DNA of 64,000 nucleotides. Origin: Mactra antiquata. Lineage: Eukaryota. The notes under the pieces are model-generated. The model saw only the letters and a list, made by a program, of their open reading frames with translations, searched no databases and was not told where the DNA came from. Numbering within the stretch: position 1 is the stretch's first letter; each line of letters opens with the position of its first letter. The stretch is taken from the NCBI GenBank assembly GCA_047288015.1, contig CM103826.1:3917510-3981509 (forward strand), read 5' to 3'. This document shows, piece after piece, positions 47,207 to 60,519 of the stretch. Both the position numbers and the translations under genes were made by a program.

Positions 47207-48377
47207 CTGAAAGTATGATACATGAGGGCTGTTACAAATATTTAATGATACACAAGGGTTGTCACAAAATTTAATAACTTTTCTATGGATTATAAGCCTT
47301 GCATATGTTAACTTTTTCAATTGTATACTGCAGACAAAAACATAGGGAGACTAATTAGACTAATGTATTTATTGTTACCTGTTTAAAACTAATACTTTAA
47401 TTAAGATTATTAGAAACACTGGGTTATGGCTATTTAGTAACTATTGCTTTCATTCTAATAGAACTACTTTGGAACTCCAATTCATTGTTTTTCCATCTGT
47501 GCACAGGCGGTACAAACAAAGTTTTTCCAAACATTATTGCTAAAAAGCACGAAACACAGATTAAATCCTATTGTTCTTTTTACAAATATTTTCATTGTAA
47601 CAATGAAAGTTGGTTTGTACCGCTGGGAAAAAAAACAAAATTTAAATCCGGATATAGTCTATTATAACTTCAAGTGTATACATTTATATCTGATGATATA
47701 TTACTTGCCAAAATAATTATTTGCTTGATGATAAGCAGGGCTTCTTTTCCATATATTAAAGGGTCCATTTACAGGCCCTTTTCCCTTCTGAAATTTCTTT
47801 AAAATTATGCAGTTTTCCCCAATTTGGAGTATATCTTGGAATTTCTCATTCCCCTATCAATGAAATTGTGACAAAAATGTCCCAAATGTTCTATATAAAA
47901 TAAGGCCCAAGGCCCCTTCTACAAATACTAAAAAAGCCCTGATAAGAAGCATTCTAAAAGCTTTAACCCAAATTAATAAAAATCTAATACAAACCATGTA
48001 CTCCGAACACAAAAGCTAAGCATTAGTAATTCTAACGGAACAGATATTTATTTCGATACCATGACCAAGGGTGTGTATTTCTCAAAGAGAAAGAATTTTA
48101 CAAAATTTCTGTATGCAATGGTCAAGGATGTAAGTGAGACCAATAACGTTTTATATATATTGAATTCATATGACGTACATGTAATTCGTCAGTTGTAGCT
48201 TCATACACTTTAATAAAACTTACATTACATGTAGCCAAAATCAAAGCAAAAAGTTAAAGAAAGGATATGACCTCCCACAAACGGTCTTTAAATCCTCATC
48301 ATCTGGTGAGTTCTATTTACCTCTAAGGCAAAGCCATGACAGGAAAAATATAACAACTGTAGCTAGGTTATACATAC

Positions 48378-48450
48378 CAGTATAATAATCTGTGGAGCTA
48401 TCACACCACCAACTCTAGTCCAGAATGCACAACTACCCATACCTATATTC
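48378..48450 (-). CDS. SLC22-family transporter exon 7.
   Basis: Minus-strand acceptor ttgtacag|gaatat and donor atactg|gtatgt. Translation (R)NIGMGSCAFWTRVGGVIAPQIIIL. Phase 2 in, phase 0 out. Confidence 0.75.
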
Positions 48451-49275
48451 CTGTACAATATATGTCATAATTGAATGAATTTGTAATATCTAGAAATGTC
48501 TACATGTATTTTAATGTCATAACTCGCTCGTAACATACATGATGATATTACTGTAATGCTCACATATAATGAACTAAGATATAACAAATTTCTGTTATTA
48601 CAAAGCAAAATCAATTTCCCCCAGCCAAGACATTACTTTATCTTTGTTGTATGGGGAAAAAACTCAGATAAAATGTTGCATAAGAAAAAGGGATTCCCTT
48701 GGAATAAGGCCTAAGGGTACTAAGCTTTATTCAAAACCATATAAAATATAATGAAACAATTGTTGGTTACATAATAGTCAATATCGTTACAAATGGTTGC
48801 AGTACACAGCTTGTTCAGTTAAAACTGGTTTGAGATGTATTATAACATTTTGAAATAGTTTCATCAACTGAGCAGACAAAGTACAGTAGGCATACCACTT
48901 CCAAAACTGTAAGCCAGTTGTAGTGTACCAGTTCAGCAAACAACTAGTTCAGAAAAAAAGTATCATAACATATTCATACATTTTGAAAGGGTTTCATTAA
49001 ATTAATGCACGGCTAATATGTTTCACAAAATTTCTCAAAATGAGACAGGTCTGGTGTTTAACTTTTAAGACATAATAAATTCAATGGCATCCAACTGTCA
49101 TTGGCCCAAGAATGATCTAGAGTTGCCATGGATTTCAGGTGCTTAGACCTTTGTTGTATTTTGTGATCACTTATCAATGCTACTATAAAGACTACTGCCC
49201 CAAAACTCCCACATTACCCCTGCAATAGAGGAGACAGGGGAAATAAACAAATAAACCCTATTATTCATATCTTAC

Positions 49276-49479
49276 CTTATAATGGTTGGGTAGAGCTCAG
49301 ATGTATACAAAAATATCACACTGAATAATCCTCCCATAGCAAACTTGCCACATATAGCCAATATACTTGATACATACACTGTATTTGAGGAAGAGTAGAC
49401 AAGGGGCATAACTCCTGCACTTATCATGAACAATGATGCCAACAGAAAATAGGTCAACAATGGTCGCTTTCTACCAAAT
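49276..49479 (-). CDS. SLC22-family transporter exon 6.
   Basis: Minus-strand acceptor atgacag|atttgg and donor ataag|gtaaga. Translation FGRKRPLLTYFLLASLFMISAGVMPLVYSSSNTVYVSSILAICGKFAMGGLFSVIFLYTSELYPTII(R). ELYPT is an SLC22/MFS motif. Confidence 0.9.
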
Positions 49480-49727
49480 CTGTCATAAGAAAAACAATCA
49501 CAATTTACATTTTCAATGTAAATTAAAGTTTGACCTCACATGAAACTAAAAAATCAAACATGAAATAATATCTAACAGACCATAGCCATGGCTAAGTAAA
49601 TGGCATACTGGACTTCCTGAAAATGGAAGGTGATATACTGTTTCTCGTAAATGAAACCAATGCTGATTTTTCTCTACATGGGAACAATTTACTAGTACCT
49701 CACAAAGGGTAAATTTGGTACTTTATG

Positions 49728-49995
49728 ATACTTTATGCCACTTCTCGACATTTTTCAGTCATTTTGCTGTGGTCAGTTGGCCAACTCACTGTTCCAGGAG
49801 AGGCTTAGATCTCTAGACCAAAGCTTTTAACCAGTATCAAGCACCTACCTTCACCAGTGGCTGTCAACTGCCTACTTGATACAGCAATAGGATAGTATTA
49901 CCTGACCAAGAAAGGTAGTTACTGATCAGGAATTGAACCCACAACCCCTTGATCTGTAGGCAAACAGACTACTGACCAAGCTAGTCAAGCAGACT
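49728..49995 (-). mobile_element. SINE family C copy (minus) in an SLC22 intron.
   Basis: Reverse complement of the family C tail, core and head. Confidence 0.8.
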
Positions 49996-50308
49996 CTCAC
50001 AAAAGGCAAGTTTGAACAAGTTAGAACATAGATCACGAAAGCCAAGTAGATGAAAGGTGACATATTATGCTTAAAAAACAGCATTAAACAACAGGGTACA
50101 TAAATACACAGTAAAATCTTTGCAGAGTGGCGCTCTGTAGAGGAATTACCTCCTTACAATAACAGTATTAATTCTTGCCAAAGTAAACATTTACAATTAA
50201 TTTAACCTCTCTAGAGCAGCACCTCTCATGAGCAACAAAAAGTCATTGTCTCTGGAAGAGTGTGGCTCTGCAGTGGTTACACTGTCTATATATGTATAAA
50301 AAACCTAC

Positions 50309-50443
50309 TTCTTAGTAATATAGATGACTAATGTATAAGCAACAAATTCTACAGCTCCAGCTATAAAAAAGTTCAGATATTTGTTTCCAGGTAAACTTGT
50401 CAGTCTCCAGGTGAGTCCATAGTAACCAACGGATATAGCAAAC
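50309..50443 (-). CDS. SLC22-family transporter exon 5.
   Basis: Minus-strand acceptor ctaaacag|gtttgc and donor aagaa|gtaggt. Translation WFAISVGYYGLTWRLTSLPGNKYLNFFIAGAVEFVAYTLVIYITK(K). Confidence 0.85.
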
Positions 50444-51072
50444 CTGTTTAGAGAAAATAAAACAAAATTAAAGACATAGCAAATTTTTCGCAATATATAA
50501 TTCAAAAACAGTTGACAAAATTGGCAGGTTTCACTTTGCCAGACCAACCTTTTTTCGTCTGGAAACTTTGTCAGTCCACAGTTTGGCCTGTACAAATCAC
50601 TTAGGAGGGTTAAAAATTCCTGTTTTATCAGTCCACATGGGCAATGAATTTAAAAATCATGATACACTTTTCTTTGCATTTCTTCTGTCAGATTCAATCA
50701 ATTTCAATATACTAGCTTATATTTATTACACATAGAAATTTCTTGTTCTCATAATGACCAGTGTCAACAAACGTCTTATTTCAACTACACAAATTAATGG
50801 GTCTGGTAAAACAGTCTGCAAGTTTAGAGTTTGAAAAAAGTCCTTATAGCTGCCTTTGCTTTATCTCTTTGTAATAGTTTGGTTGCCTTAGTAATTTTTT
50901 GATCGTCCAAACTGTAAAGTGGTTGTCTGGGACGGATTGTTTTGCAGACTGTAAAAAATTAATTTAATTGGTCCGAATGACATGTAAATGTTTATAGAAG
51001 ACTGTGTAAATTCGAGGAATCAGAATGACACAAGAAAAACGCAGGGCCTGAAATTAAAAAATCATACTATAC

Positions 51073-51303
51073 CACAGATAGAAAAGAACGATGCTTCTTT
51101 TCCTAAGTCTTGAAGTCTTCAATAAATCTAAGAAGGAGAATTGTTTGTTATTACTGTCCATGGTACCCAGTTGTTGTTTGAGATTCTCCCAAGTCTGTTG
51201 AGGAAATGTTACTTTGTTCCAGGATGACATTTTATATAACTGGTTCTCCGCTTCATCCACTTTGTTCTTCAAGATCAACCAACGTAGAGATTCTGGCATT
51301 ACA
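51073..51303 (-). CDS. SLC22-family transporter exon 4.
   Basis: Minus-strand acceptor aatacag|tgtaatg and donor ctgtg|gtatag. Translation CVMPESLRWLILKNKVDEAENQLYKMSSWNK...SRLRKRSIVLFYL(W). PESxRWL is an SLC22 hallmark. Confidence 0.9.
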
Positions 51304-51339
51304 CTGTATTAAAAAAAATGGATAAACACAATATTAATA

Positions 51340-51660
51340 TTATATTCCACTATGATGATTGACTGATTGAGTTTAACACTGAGTTAACACAAATTATGGT
51401 CATTTTACGGTGGCCAGTTCACCTAACCTAGCTTTCCTGGACTCTTGTCTATAACCAGTACTCACCTACCCTTCGACAAGGCCGACAACTTCTCTATAAA
51501 CCTTATTAATGCAGGTAAATTGACATTGTTGAATTTTCATGGAAGGGTATAACCAGCCTGGGTGGGGTTCAAACCATCGACCCTTTCGGGACACTAGATT
51601 GGAAATCCTGCAAGTACGCGAGCTGAGAATTTTAGATCAGATTGGACCAGCACCTGACAA
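51340..51660 (-). mobile_element. SINE family B copy (minus, full length) in SLC22 intron 3/4.
   Basis: Body is the reverse complement of family B; head ggtgctggtccaatctgatc...ggtttgaaccccacccaggctggttatacccttccatg. Confidence 0.8.
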
Positions 51661-51696
51661 AAACAATGTAACCCCCCCCCATAAATGTTAACCTAC

Positions 51697-51893
51697 CATA
51701 TATAGAAAGCAGCAAGAACACTAGGTACAGATATAACAAGCTGTAACAGTCTCCAGTTACGTATGAAGTAAGCCAGTAGTGGTATAGTCATAACACTAAG
51801 TCCCCAGAAACATTCTAAGATAGCACCAGCATAACTACGATGTTTAGGTAGAAATAGTTCCATAGCTAATGTGTATGTTGATGTCTGTAGACC
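51697..51893 (-). CDS. SLC22-family transporter exon 3.
   Basis: Minus-strand acceptor ttttgtag|ggtcta and donor tatatatg|gtaggt. Translation GLQTSTYTLAMELFLPKHRSYAGAILECFWGLSVMTIPLLAYFIRNWRLLQLVISVPSVLAAFYI. Phase 0 in, phase 2 out. Confidence 0.9.
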
Positions 51894-53329
51894 CTACAAA
51901 TATAAAACAATAGTGTCATTATATCAAATTATAATTAGCCATTTTTTAAAGCCACTCGCTCACAGATTTGGTAAAATTTTTTTGATATTTTAAAATTACC
52001 TGTCTTTAATAGTAATTGTGTTAAGAAAATGAATTCTTAATATTCTAAGACACACTGACCAATAGATTGTGAGTAATATAAGATAAATGTCACAAAAAAT
52101 GAAGATAAATGTCATAAAAAATGTCATAAATAATTTATACTGTTACTAACGGGGGTAGGTTTTTATGTATAAAATCAAAATATTTTACAGCTGTATGCCA
52201 ATTTGCACTAAAATATTCATTATCAGAACACTGCTTTTCTGTTTCCAAAATGTTTCTAAACAATTTTGAGAGTTTTAGAAAAGTTGATATTTAAGTTGAA
52301 ATCTGTGATTGAGTAGCTTTAATAAATATAATCACCTTAAGCCTAAACAAAAAAATGTTTTTTAACAACGATCAAAAAAATGCTGGTGGGGTAAGGATTG
52401 AGGTTATCAAATTTTGTTTTCAAATTTTTGGACAAATCAAAATAGTGATTCTAGTTTCCAAAGTTCAACATAATGTAAAAAAATAGATAAATCATAAAAC
52501 AGAACTCTAGGACCTTGTAGTTTGACACTTGCATTAAGAGCATTTATCTTTGAACAATACATGTATAATATTTACACTGTAGGTACTTTTTGTTTGAAAC
52601 TATATACAAAGCTAACTATTCAAAGTATTTGTCAATAAAACATATAGTAAAATGTACTTTAATATCATACATAATATATAAATAATATTCATGTGGCTTA
52701 CAGAGAATATTGGACAGTGACTAACAGTGTAGCCACTACAAATACAGTCATACAAATAATGAAGTACTAATTATTATGATTACACAGAACTTAACTTGCC
52801 TTCTTGATTGTTATTGTTGTATATTGTTTGTAAAGTTTCAGGGTTTAAAACCAGTTTCAACAATTTTATCATTTCAGACAGTTCACCTAGCCAGGATTTT
52901 GTAGAATTTCTAGAAAGGGTATAACCCATACTACTGAACTTTGAACCTAGTTAGCCAGATTAGATATCCAATGCACTAACCATAGTAACATTCAAATGAA
53001 AAAAGTAAATAAATTTGATAATACTGTGCAATGAACTTTAAAATTACAGAAAAATTAGCAATGTACATATTCATCGACTTCTTATGACGTCATTGTGATG
53101 TCATACAAAATATGACAAAATATACTCTTAAATGCTCATGATTTCGTTAATAATCATGCAAATAAAAAAAAATTCTTTCACTGCTATGTTTTTTTTTTGA
53201 TACACTATTATTTATGCTTAAGTTGTTTTTGTGACTGAATCTCCCCTTTAAATGTAAATACTCGTCAACATGTTCAACAAAGCAGAATAAATGGTACTAG
53301 TCTATAAATCTAAGAAACTATTTACAAAC

Positions 53330-53560
53330 CTGCATAAGAATGCCTTGTATGAATCTTAAGGCAACAAAACCAGAATACCATGGAACAAACGATGTTGCCA
53401 CACCAACGATGATAGGCATATACAGAGTGATCAACATTATTGGCTTACGCCCAAGCTTGTCGGCAAGGTGACCAAACACCACTCCGCCTACCATGACTCC
53501 ACAGAAATATATAGTTGTAGCAAGTGATGACAGATAGGCTTGACTACAGACTAGGTTCCA
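53330..53560 (-). CDS. SLC22-family transporter exon 2.
   Basis: Minus-strand acceptor ttttcag|tggaac and donor atgcag|gtttgt. Translation WNLVCSQAYLSSLATTIYFCGVMVGGVVFGHLADKLGRKPIMLITLYMPIIVGVATSFVPWYSGFVALRFIQGILMQ. EWDLVC-like and GRK motifs are typical of SLC22. Confidence 0.9.
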
Positions 53561-54000
53561 CTGAAAAAGTATAGGTACATCACAAGTACATCACAGAGTA
53601 TTAATTAATATTTCTAATTAAACAAAAAGTTAATTAATATTCCCAATTAAACAAAAAATAATTAACATTTTCAATGAAACAAAATTTAAAAAATCTTTAT
53701 CATAATATGAATAATGCAACAAAAAATTCAGTCTAGACAGAGTTCTCAAATACAAAAATCTAACCACCATTTTGGGCCATTTGCCTGCATCCAGTGACCC
53801 ACATCCCCTCACTGGGACCCCCCTGAGCTATATTTTGATGGGAGAGGCACCCGAAAAATATCATTTTTTAAAATAATTTTCTTCAAGTGAAATCAACCAA
53901 ATCCTGCTTCAAGCCCAGGGGTGGCCATTTTGAAGGGGGGGTGTAAATGAGTCAAAGCGCATCTAAAAATGTTAAAGGGATAATTATGTAAATGCCATAC

Positions 54001-54366
54001 CTCAGTTACAATGGTAGCCTCATCTTGTCCAATGTCAAAAATTACAACACCATCAGTACTATCTGGACATGTTACTGTCTCATTCTCAGAATCACCAATC
54101 ATATAATTTGCCGAGCAACTTTCTATATGTGATGTGAAACTTAAATTCTGAGCTGCTCCTGTGTAGCTGGTACCCGTAACACTGTAGGAACCATTCATGT
54201 AAGCTTTCGAATGACATTCATATTTTGGCCGGGAACCAAAGAATGCCATGATGACATGGTTAAACACAAGTGGAAAGTAGTTCAAACATAAGAGCAGGAA
54301 TACAAAAATTTGGTAACGACCAGGATTTCCAAGTTGTGCAAGTACTTCGTCAAGATTCACTCTCAT
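54001..54366 (-). CDS. SLC22-family transporter exon 1 (start codon, TM1 and large extracellular loop).
   Basis: Minus-strand ATG at 54366..54364. Translation MRVNLDEVLAQLGNPGRYQIFVFLLLCLNYFPLVFNHV... contains N-glycosylation sites NGSY, NLSF and NETV and ends ...IVTE before donor gag|gtatgg. 122 codons. Confidence 0.85.
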
Positions 54367-55024
54367 TTTGATTGCTTTGATTTACAATCTGGAAGTAAAC
54401 AAAAACATATTTTATACATTTAATAGGCCTCTACATTGAAAACTTCCTTACCAAAATGCTAAAATCTCGGAATCAATTGATTTTTTGGGGGGGGGGGTTA
54501 ATGCAGTTTAAACAGTACCCTTAACTGATTGTCCTGAACGATCAAACAAGTGCTAATTTTACAGACCACTGACTTACATGTACAGCACTTGGACACAAGA
54601 CAACCATCTGATAAAAGCAGAATCTTAAACACATCATAGGTAATTTATAAACTTCTCTTGCCGATTGCTGAATAACAAATGTTTAACTATTAAATTAATT
54701 GATTAATGGTTTTCTACAAGCAGGTTTTAAAATCTACAAGTTCTAATGAACATTGAAGTAAAAATCAATTTTATTGATAGCGTAGAGACACTCATGTATC
54801 AACTCTGAACCATTATTTACTACTTTATTTAGTAACCAGGAAATCAATGCTATAAGTGGTCAATAGTTATCAATCAATACAAATTGTCAGTCAATAGCAA
54901 TTACTTTACCTTATATCTTATATTATTGTAGACGGACAAAATTGAAATTGTCTCTTTGAATAAAAATACTCATTCAAACATTGGCGTTTTTTTTTTTTTG
55001 GTTGGGTTTAATGCCTATACTTAG

Positions 55025-55195
55025 TACAGTAAAGTTCAGCTATAAAGACCACCTTGGTTATTGCAAAATCATGCAATTTTTGACAATTTTTAAGCCCCAA
55101 AAGCTTAATTTAAGAAGAAAATGGTCCCTATATCAAGACCATTTTGCTATTAAGACCATCGATTTTGATGGTCCTACTAGCGGAACTCTACTGTA
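55025..55195. mobile_element. MITE (TA|CAGTAAAG...CTCTACTG|TA) copy 3, upstream of the SLC22 gene.
   Basis: Perfect TIRs tacagtaaagttcagctataaagacca / tggtcctactagcggaactctactgta. Confidence 0.8.
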
Positions 55196-55199
55196 TATA

Positions 55200-55640
55200 G
55201 GCCACAGACAATAAAGTGACAGTTTATTATTACCAATGCAACATTGTTATTGATGGGACAGGCTGTAAAATCATATTACATTGCTAGCTTTATTTTAGTC
55301 TTAGCTACATTAGATACAGTCGAGTGCTTAAAAATCATATGCTTTATAATATGAAGTTGAACCCTGTTTACAAACAGATATTTAATAACAGGACACGGAT
55401 TAAGATAAACTATGTGTTTTAACCACTAAAATATATCTTACTTTGCTTACATAGAGTAAAATCCAGCTATTTAGTATTAAATATGATTCAACAGCGTATC
55501 CTATCAAAAACAACATTTAATTGGTTATAATAAACAGTCACTTTATCGTCTGTGGACAATATCTTAATCCACGTTTTGCTTGAATATTGAATATTTGTTT
55601 ATAAACAAAGTTCAACTTATCGTCTGTGGACTATACTGTC
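55200..55640. mobile_element. Two adjacent or nested copies of the same MITE family.
   Basis: ggccacagacaataaagtgacag ... gtcactttatcgtctgtggacaat ... caacttatcgtctgtggactatactgtc. Confidence 0.6.
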
Positions 55641-58600
55641 AGCCTACAGTTGTCTACATGTACGTCTATATTTTAAAAGTTTTACTGACTAAGTTATACA
55701 AATCAGGATCAAACAGCTGTTTTAAGTTTAGCATTGCCTAATGTCATACAATAATGAGTATGTACAAGTTATACAGAGAATATTTAAGTAAAATAAAACA
55801 CGGAGAAAGTATCATATATTAGATGAAGATGAAGGTTATACAATAACACTTTAACAATAGACTATATCCGCAATTGAAATATTTGGGGTTTTCCCTGCGG
55901 TACAAACAAACTTTCATCATTACAATCAAAATATATGTACAAAGAACAATCTGACTTAATCCGTGTTTCGGGCTTTTCAGCAATAATGTGCAAAAAATGT
56001 ACCGCCTGTGCACAGATGGAAAAACTCATAAATTGGAGTTCTGAATTGGGTCTATTAAGAGGGTCATGGTTGTTGAGGCTATACTGTTAACACTTTACAG
56101 AGAAACTGTATGTTTCAAAAGATCATCAAAAGTCAAGATACCTAAAACAGATAGAAACTAGGAGTGAGTGTATGAGTTGTTTTGTATTTTTTTCTAAAAA
56201 AATAGAAATTAGACTTATGAATCACATTGAAGTTGACAATTTGAAAGTTTCATCAAGATAGATAAACATGGCACAACTTGAATAACAATGGAGGACAACA
56301 TAACAGGCAGAACACACAAGTCAGTGGAATTAAAAGTAAAACAGACCAAACGCGCAAGTCGGTGGCATTAACAGTAAATCTCTCAAACTACTGGGTTAAA
56401 TATCAACCATTCACCCTGAGTGACCATTTCAAAAAGGTAGCTTAATACAGATCTACATTGTATTGAGTGAAATTCCTTAGAGCTATACCTGGGATGGACA
56501 TACAACAGACTTTAGTTTAGTGTTAACAGTTTTCAAATTTAAGAGATTTCTGTCGTTTATCCTAGTTGTTCTGAAAGATAGCACATTTGTTAGCACATTA
56601 AAAACCATTTGTTTTCAAATTAACACCTCAAATTTAGCATATGTGTTGCACAATTAATATTGTTAAAAAGATTAGATCTACAGACTACATTTCCAAAGCT
56701 GGAACCAACAAAGAGGGCATAGGAGGCTTGTTCTAATCCAACATGTATTGCAATTTAATTTGTTTTTGAATGAAAGATTTTGAATTTCAATTCATCTTTT
56801 ATGAAAATCAATTCGTAAAAATGATAAAACGATGCTTATCTAGAGCACTGCCCATTTGCAGCATGGAGAAACGCATATGCAAATATATAAATAGGGAAAT
56901 TCACTCCTCCCATTTCCTGTGATTTTTAACGCAAAACACAGCCCACTTTCACGTCTTATTGATGGCATTTTGATTCAAACGGTGTTAATGTTATTTTTTG
57001 CTCAGAAATTAAGTGAAAACAAAACGTTAACCGCATTAATTTGGCGTGGCTGGTTAAGTATGGAACAGTCCATCATAAATAAAGTCAAAACGAAAGGTGC
57101 CTATTAGATTTGTAAAAGTATGTTACTAAGTATAGATTAAAAAAGACTACTATAAATAAATACTGGTTTTCCAGAAAAAAAATAAATTAACTTTAATCAG
57201 CATTATTTCTAGAATGTTCTTTCCAGAGGTTCGTGTGCATGGCTGGCTACTGCAGCCTGGCACCTGAGACTGAGAAGGTCTGGGGCTGTGCCTGGTCCTC
57301 CACTGAAATTTCAAAAATTTATATGCAAAAAAATCTTTACTACAGGATTAAGAAATAATCAATCAGACACCGAAGAAAATAATCTTAAATTCCTAGATCT
57401 GCCGTTGTCACAGACACTTCACTGGGTCCTTAGTTTCACCTAAATGACCAGTTGAATCATGCTTTCAGTTTCATTGCCCCTCGTTTTTTTAAGTTCAAGG
57501 GGATTTTACCACAAACTTCCTCTACTGATTACGTTCCTCATTCTTCTGAAGGCAAATTATACACAACTAGGACCTAGGTGCATAACTGCAGAAACATTAT
57601 AGATATAAATAAGATTTTAAACCATTTCTCAGACTAACAGAGGGCCAATTATTAGTCAGGAATCCAAAGGCGGAAAAAGTGACGAGCCATGGCATCGGAG
57701 AGTAGGAAGTGGCATCCATGCTCAAGAGTATCGTTGATGTCCATGTAATACCAAACGGCCGGATGCCAACTTTGATTTTGCCTCGTTGTCTCAGAATTAG
57801 GTCAAAGGTCAACTGAGTACATTTATTTTATATGGTCCTATATATTTCTCAATGGCTTGGAAAGTATAAGAGATATGTCAATTAATTTGGTACGAAAATG
57901 AAGGTAATGCTTTGTACTTTTATAATATGGGAAACACTTCTTTCTAAATCATTTACATAATTATGGATATTAATGAGATTGACAAAAATGAAGCAAAATG
58001 CATCAAATGAAAGGTACAAAATGTACATTTAAGTGTATTTTTTTTATTTCTAAACATACTATTTATGGCCACAACAGTACAAATTTAACGACAATATATA
58101 TCACTACGAAAAACTGGCCGGAACACTTTGAAACCACATCATATACTTACCACTATGAGTATGGATGTGGGTGGGGTAAATTGACGTGTGAACTAAAAAA
58201 TCTTCTATAAAACCTGGGTTAATTATTTTTGTTATCAGACTACAATTGCTAGTATTCATGTCAAAACATGTTTGTAATATATGTATATTGCTAGATGACA
58301 GAAATCATATTTCAAATTGAATAAGTCTCATAGTCTGTGTCAGAATTAGGTCAAAGGCCAACTTAGTGCATAACTTTTATTATTGCATTATGGTTGTTTA
58401 AATAATGCAAGATTGTTGATAAAATTGAACATAACACCTTAGTTTCGTTCCATAAATAGTATTCTGTAATTAGGGCATTGAATGCAATGACTTCAATATA
58501 ATTACCCAATAACTGGTTTGGACTAAGCCAAAACATAATCCGTTTCCAGCTTTGAGAGAACTGAATGTTTTATGTGATCACTATCAGCGTGCCATACACG

Positions 58601-60519
58601 CAACTTGACTGAAATGTTGCCGAGCATTTGTCTTTCAGAAATAGCGGTAGAACTCAAATACTGATTTCCATTGCGACGCTTAGGAGGATAGATAGGATAG
58701 ATGTGAAAACTCGTTGATGTCTGTCAATGTATTTAACTGGTGAACCGTCCAGTAAGAATATGTATACCGGTATTTGTTATTTGTGTGATATTGTCAACAA
58801 TGTTACATTTTGCAAGATTATGAAAAGAACTCTCTGAAAATGACGTATAAAATTTGCATCAATCATTGTCAGCATCATGTATTTACGAGTATTTACTTTA
58901 TTTTTACCGGATAATAATCTTTTTCCAAGAATTACAATTGATATGTCCTCATACTAAACTAAACATTTACATGTAATCATGAGAAAACTATATTTTCTCT
59001 TTACTGCATTTAGATGGAGCATTTGTAGTTTATGTATCCATAAACATTTCTTTGCATAAACGATGAGTATTACTATCTATAGCATCAATAGGCCTGTAAG
59101 AAAATTGAGACATGTTATGAGTTCCTTCCTTTAAATGACTTGCAATTAGTAGCAAATGTTTGAAATATCAAATTTATAGTTGTTCATACGATGAGACTGA
59201 TTGCATAGTATGGCCAACACATTGCATTTAGTATTTAGTTATAACATTTATCACATTTTCTGAGTGGCAGTTTGTATTATGTCGGGTTATCCAACGATTG
59301 TCCTGTATCAGAACTTGTAAATTTAGAGCTAGAGTTTATACGAACACAACGAGCGTTATGTTTTCTATTACTGCTGTTGATTAAAAAGTATCAATTGTAT
59401 TGTCATTCTTAAAATTTGAAGTGACTAAAACGCCATACAAATGTTTAGAATGTATGTAAGCTAGAATTGGCTTAAATTTTCGAAACACTTGTTTAACTCT
59501 CTCATTTTTATTATAATAATAATTATGTTCAAGTACCTATTTACGGAAATGCCAATATTAGGCAATGATGAGTTAAACTTCACAACAATGGGGATAATAC
59601 TCTTTTCCTCGTTGGTACAGGCACTGTCCCACGAACTTGGTAATAAGTTTTGTCCAAAGTTGCCTGGTTTGAATAGTAGGAAAGCAAGATTAGGACATGA
59701 ACCGTTTCTACACTGTATAACAAAACTTAATCTATTACAATGCAGAGCCATGTATTCACAGAGAAACTATTCAAACCAAGAACTGATTCACTATGGCAGA
59801 TTGTAACTTAAAGTGCAAGTTAGTCTTGAACCCACGAATGGGTATAAAATAAAAGGCAACTCTGAAGGTTCAGTTAAAATGTTAATTGACTCCACGAACT
59901 TGTATAAAATGTTCTATATTACATTGTATTCGCTAAAATTGCAGGCTTAATAACTCAACCATGTGTATTTTGTTGCCTACAAATCGCATTTTATATCGAA
60001 TAAACAGTAGATCTTGTCCGTTTCATATTATTAACTATACAATTGCACTTTTTTTGCTATCCATGTAATATGGATAATATATATAAAGTTCTATAAAAAA
60101 CTAAGCTATGTATTTTGCGTCTTGTGCTCCTTTCAAGCATTAGTAATGTAAACAGTCGTAATCCAATCGGCATAAATTTCGTATTTGATACCATAAAAAA
60201 CTTAATCATTTCAAATTATCTTATAGAAAAGAATTACATAAAAACACAGACTACAGTATTAATTCTGCAAAAAATAGTTAAGACAACATTGTATTTTGCA
60301 AATAATAATATCCATTTTCCATGGTTGCGTTTTTACACAGGTATTAAGTAAGTTTGTCATGAAACATTATTGACTTTGTATTCAAATGTTTGAAACAAAA
60401 AACCAGGAATGATGTGTACTGAAAGATAAAGTACAAGTGTGTGAACTACTTCAGTTTTTGAAGTTACATCAAACTACACTTATATCTTACAAGTGCAAAC
60501 AGACATGACCGATTGTTCA

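Noticed and set aside
53893-54000. The ORF-track extension of the SLC22 first exon down to 53893 (..VWHLHNYPFNIFRCALTHLHPPFKMATPGLEAGFG).
   Set aside because: A strong donor (gag|gtatgg) sits at 54001/54000. The next exon starts WNLVC, matching the SLC22 EWDLVC junction. The extension is intron read-through.
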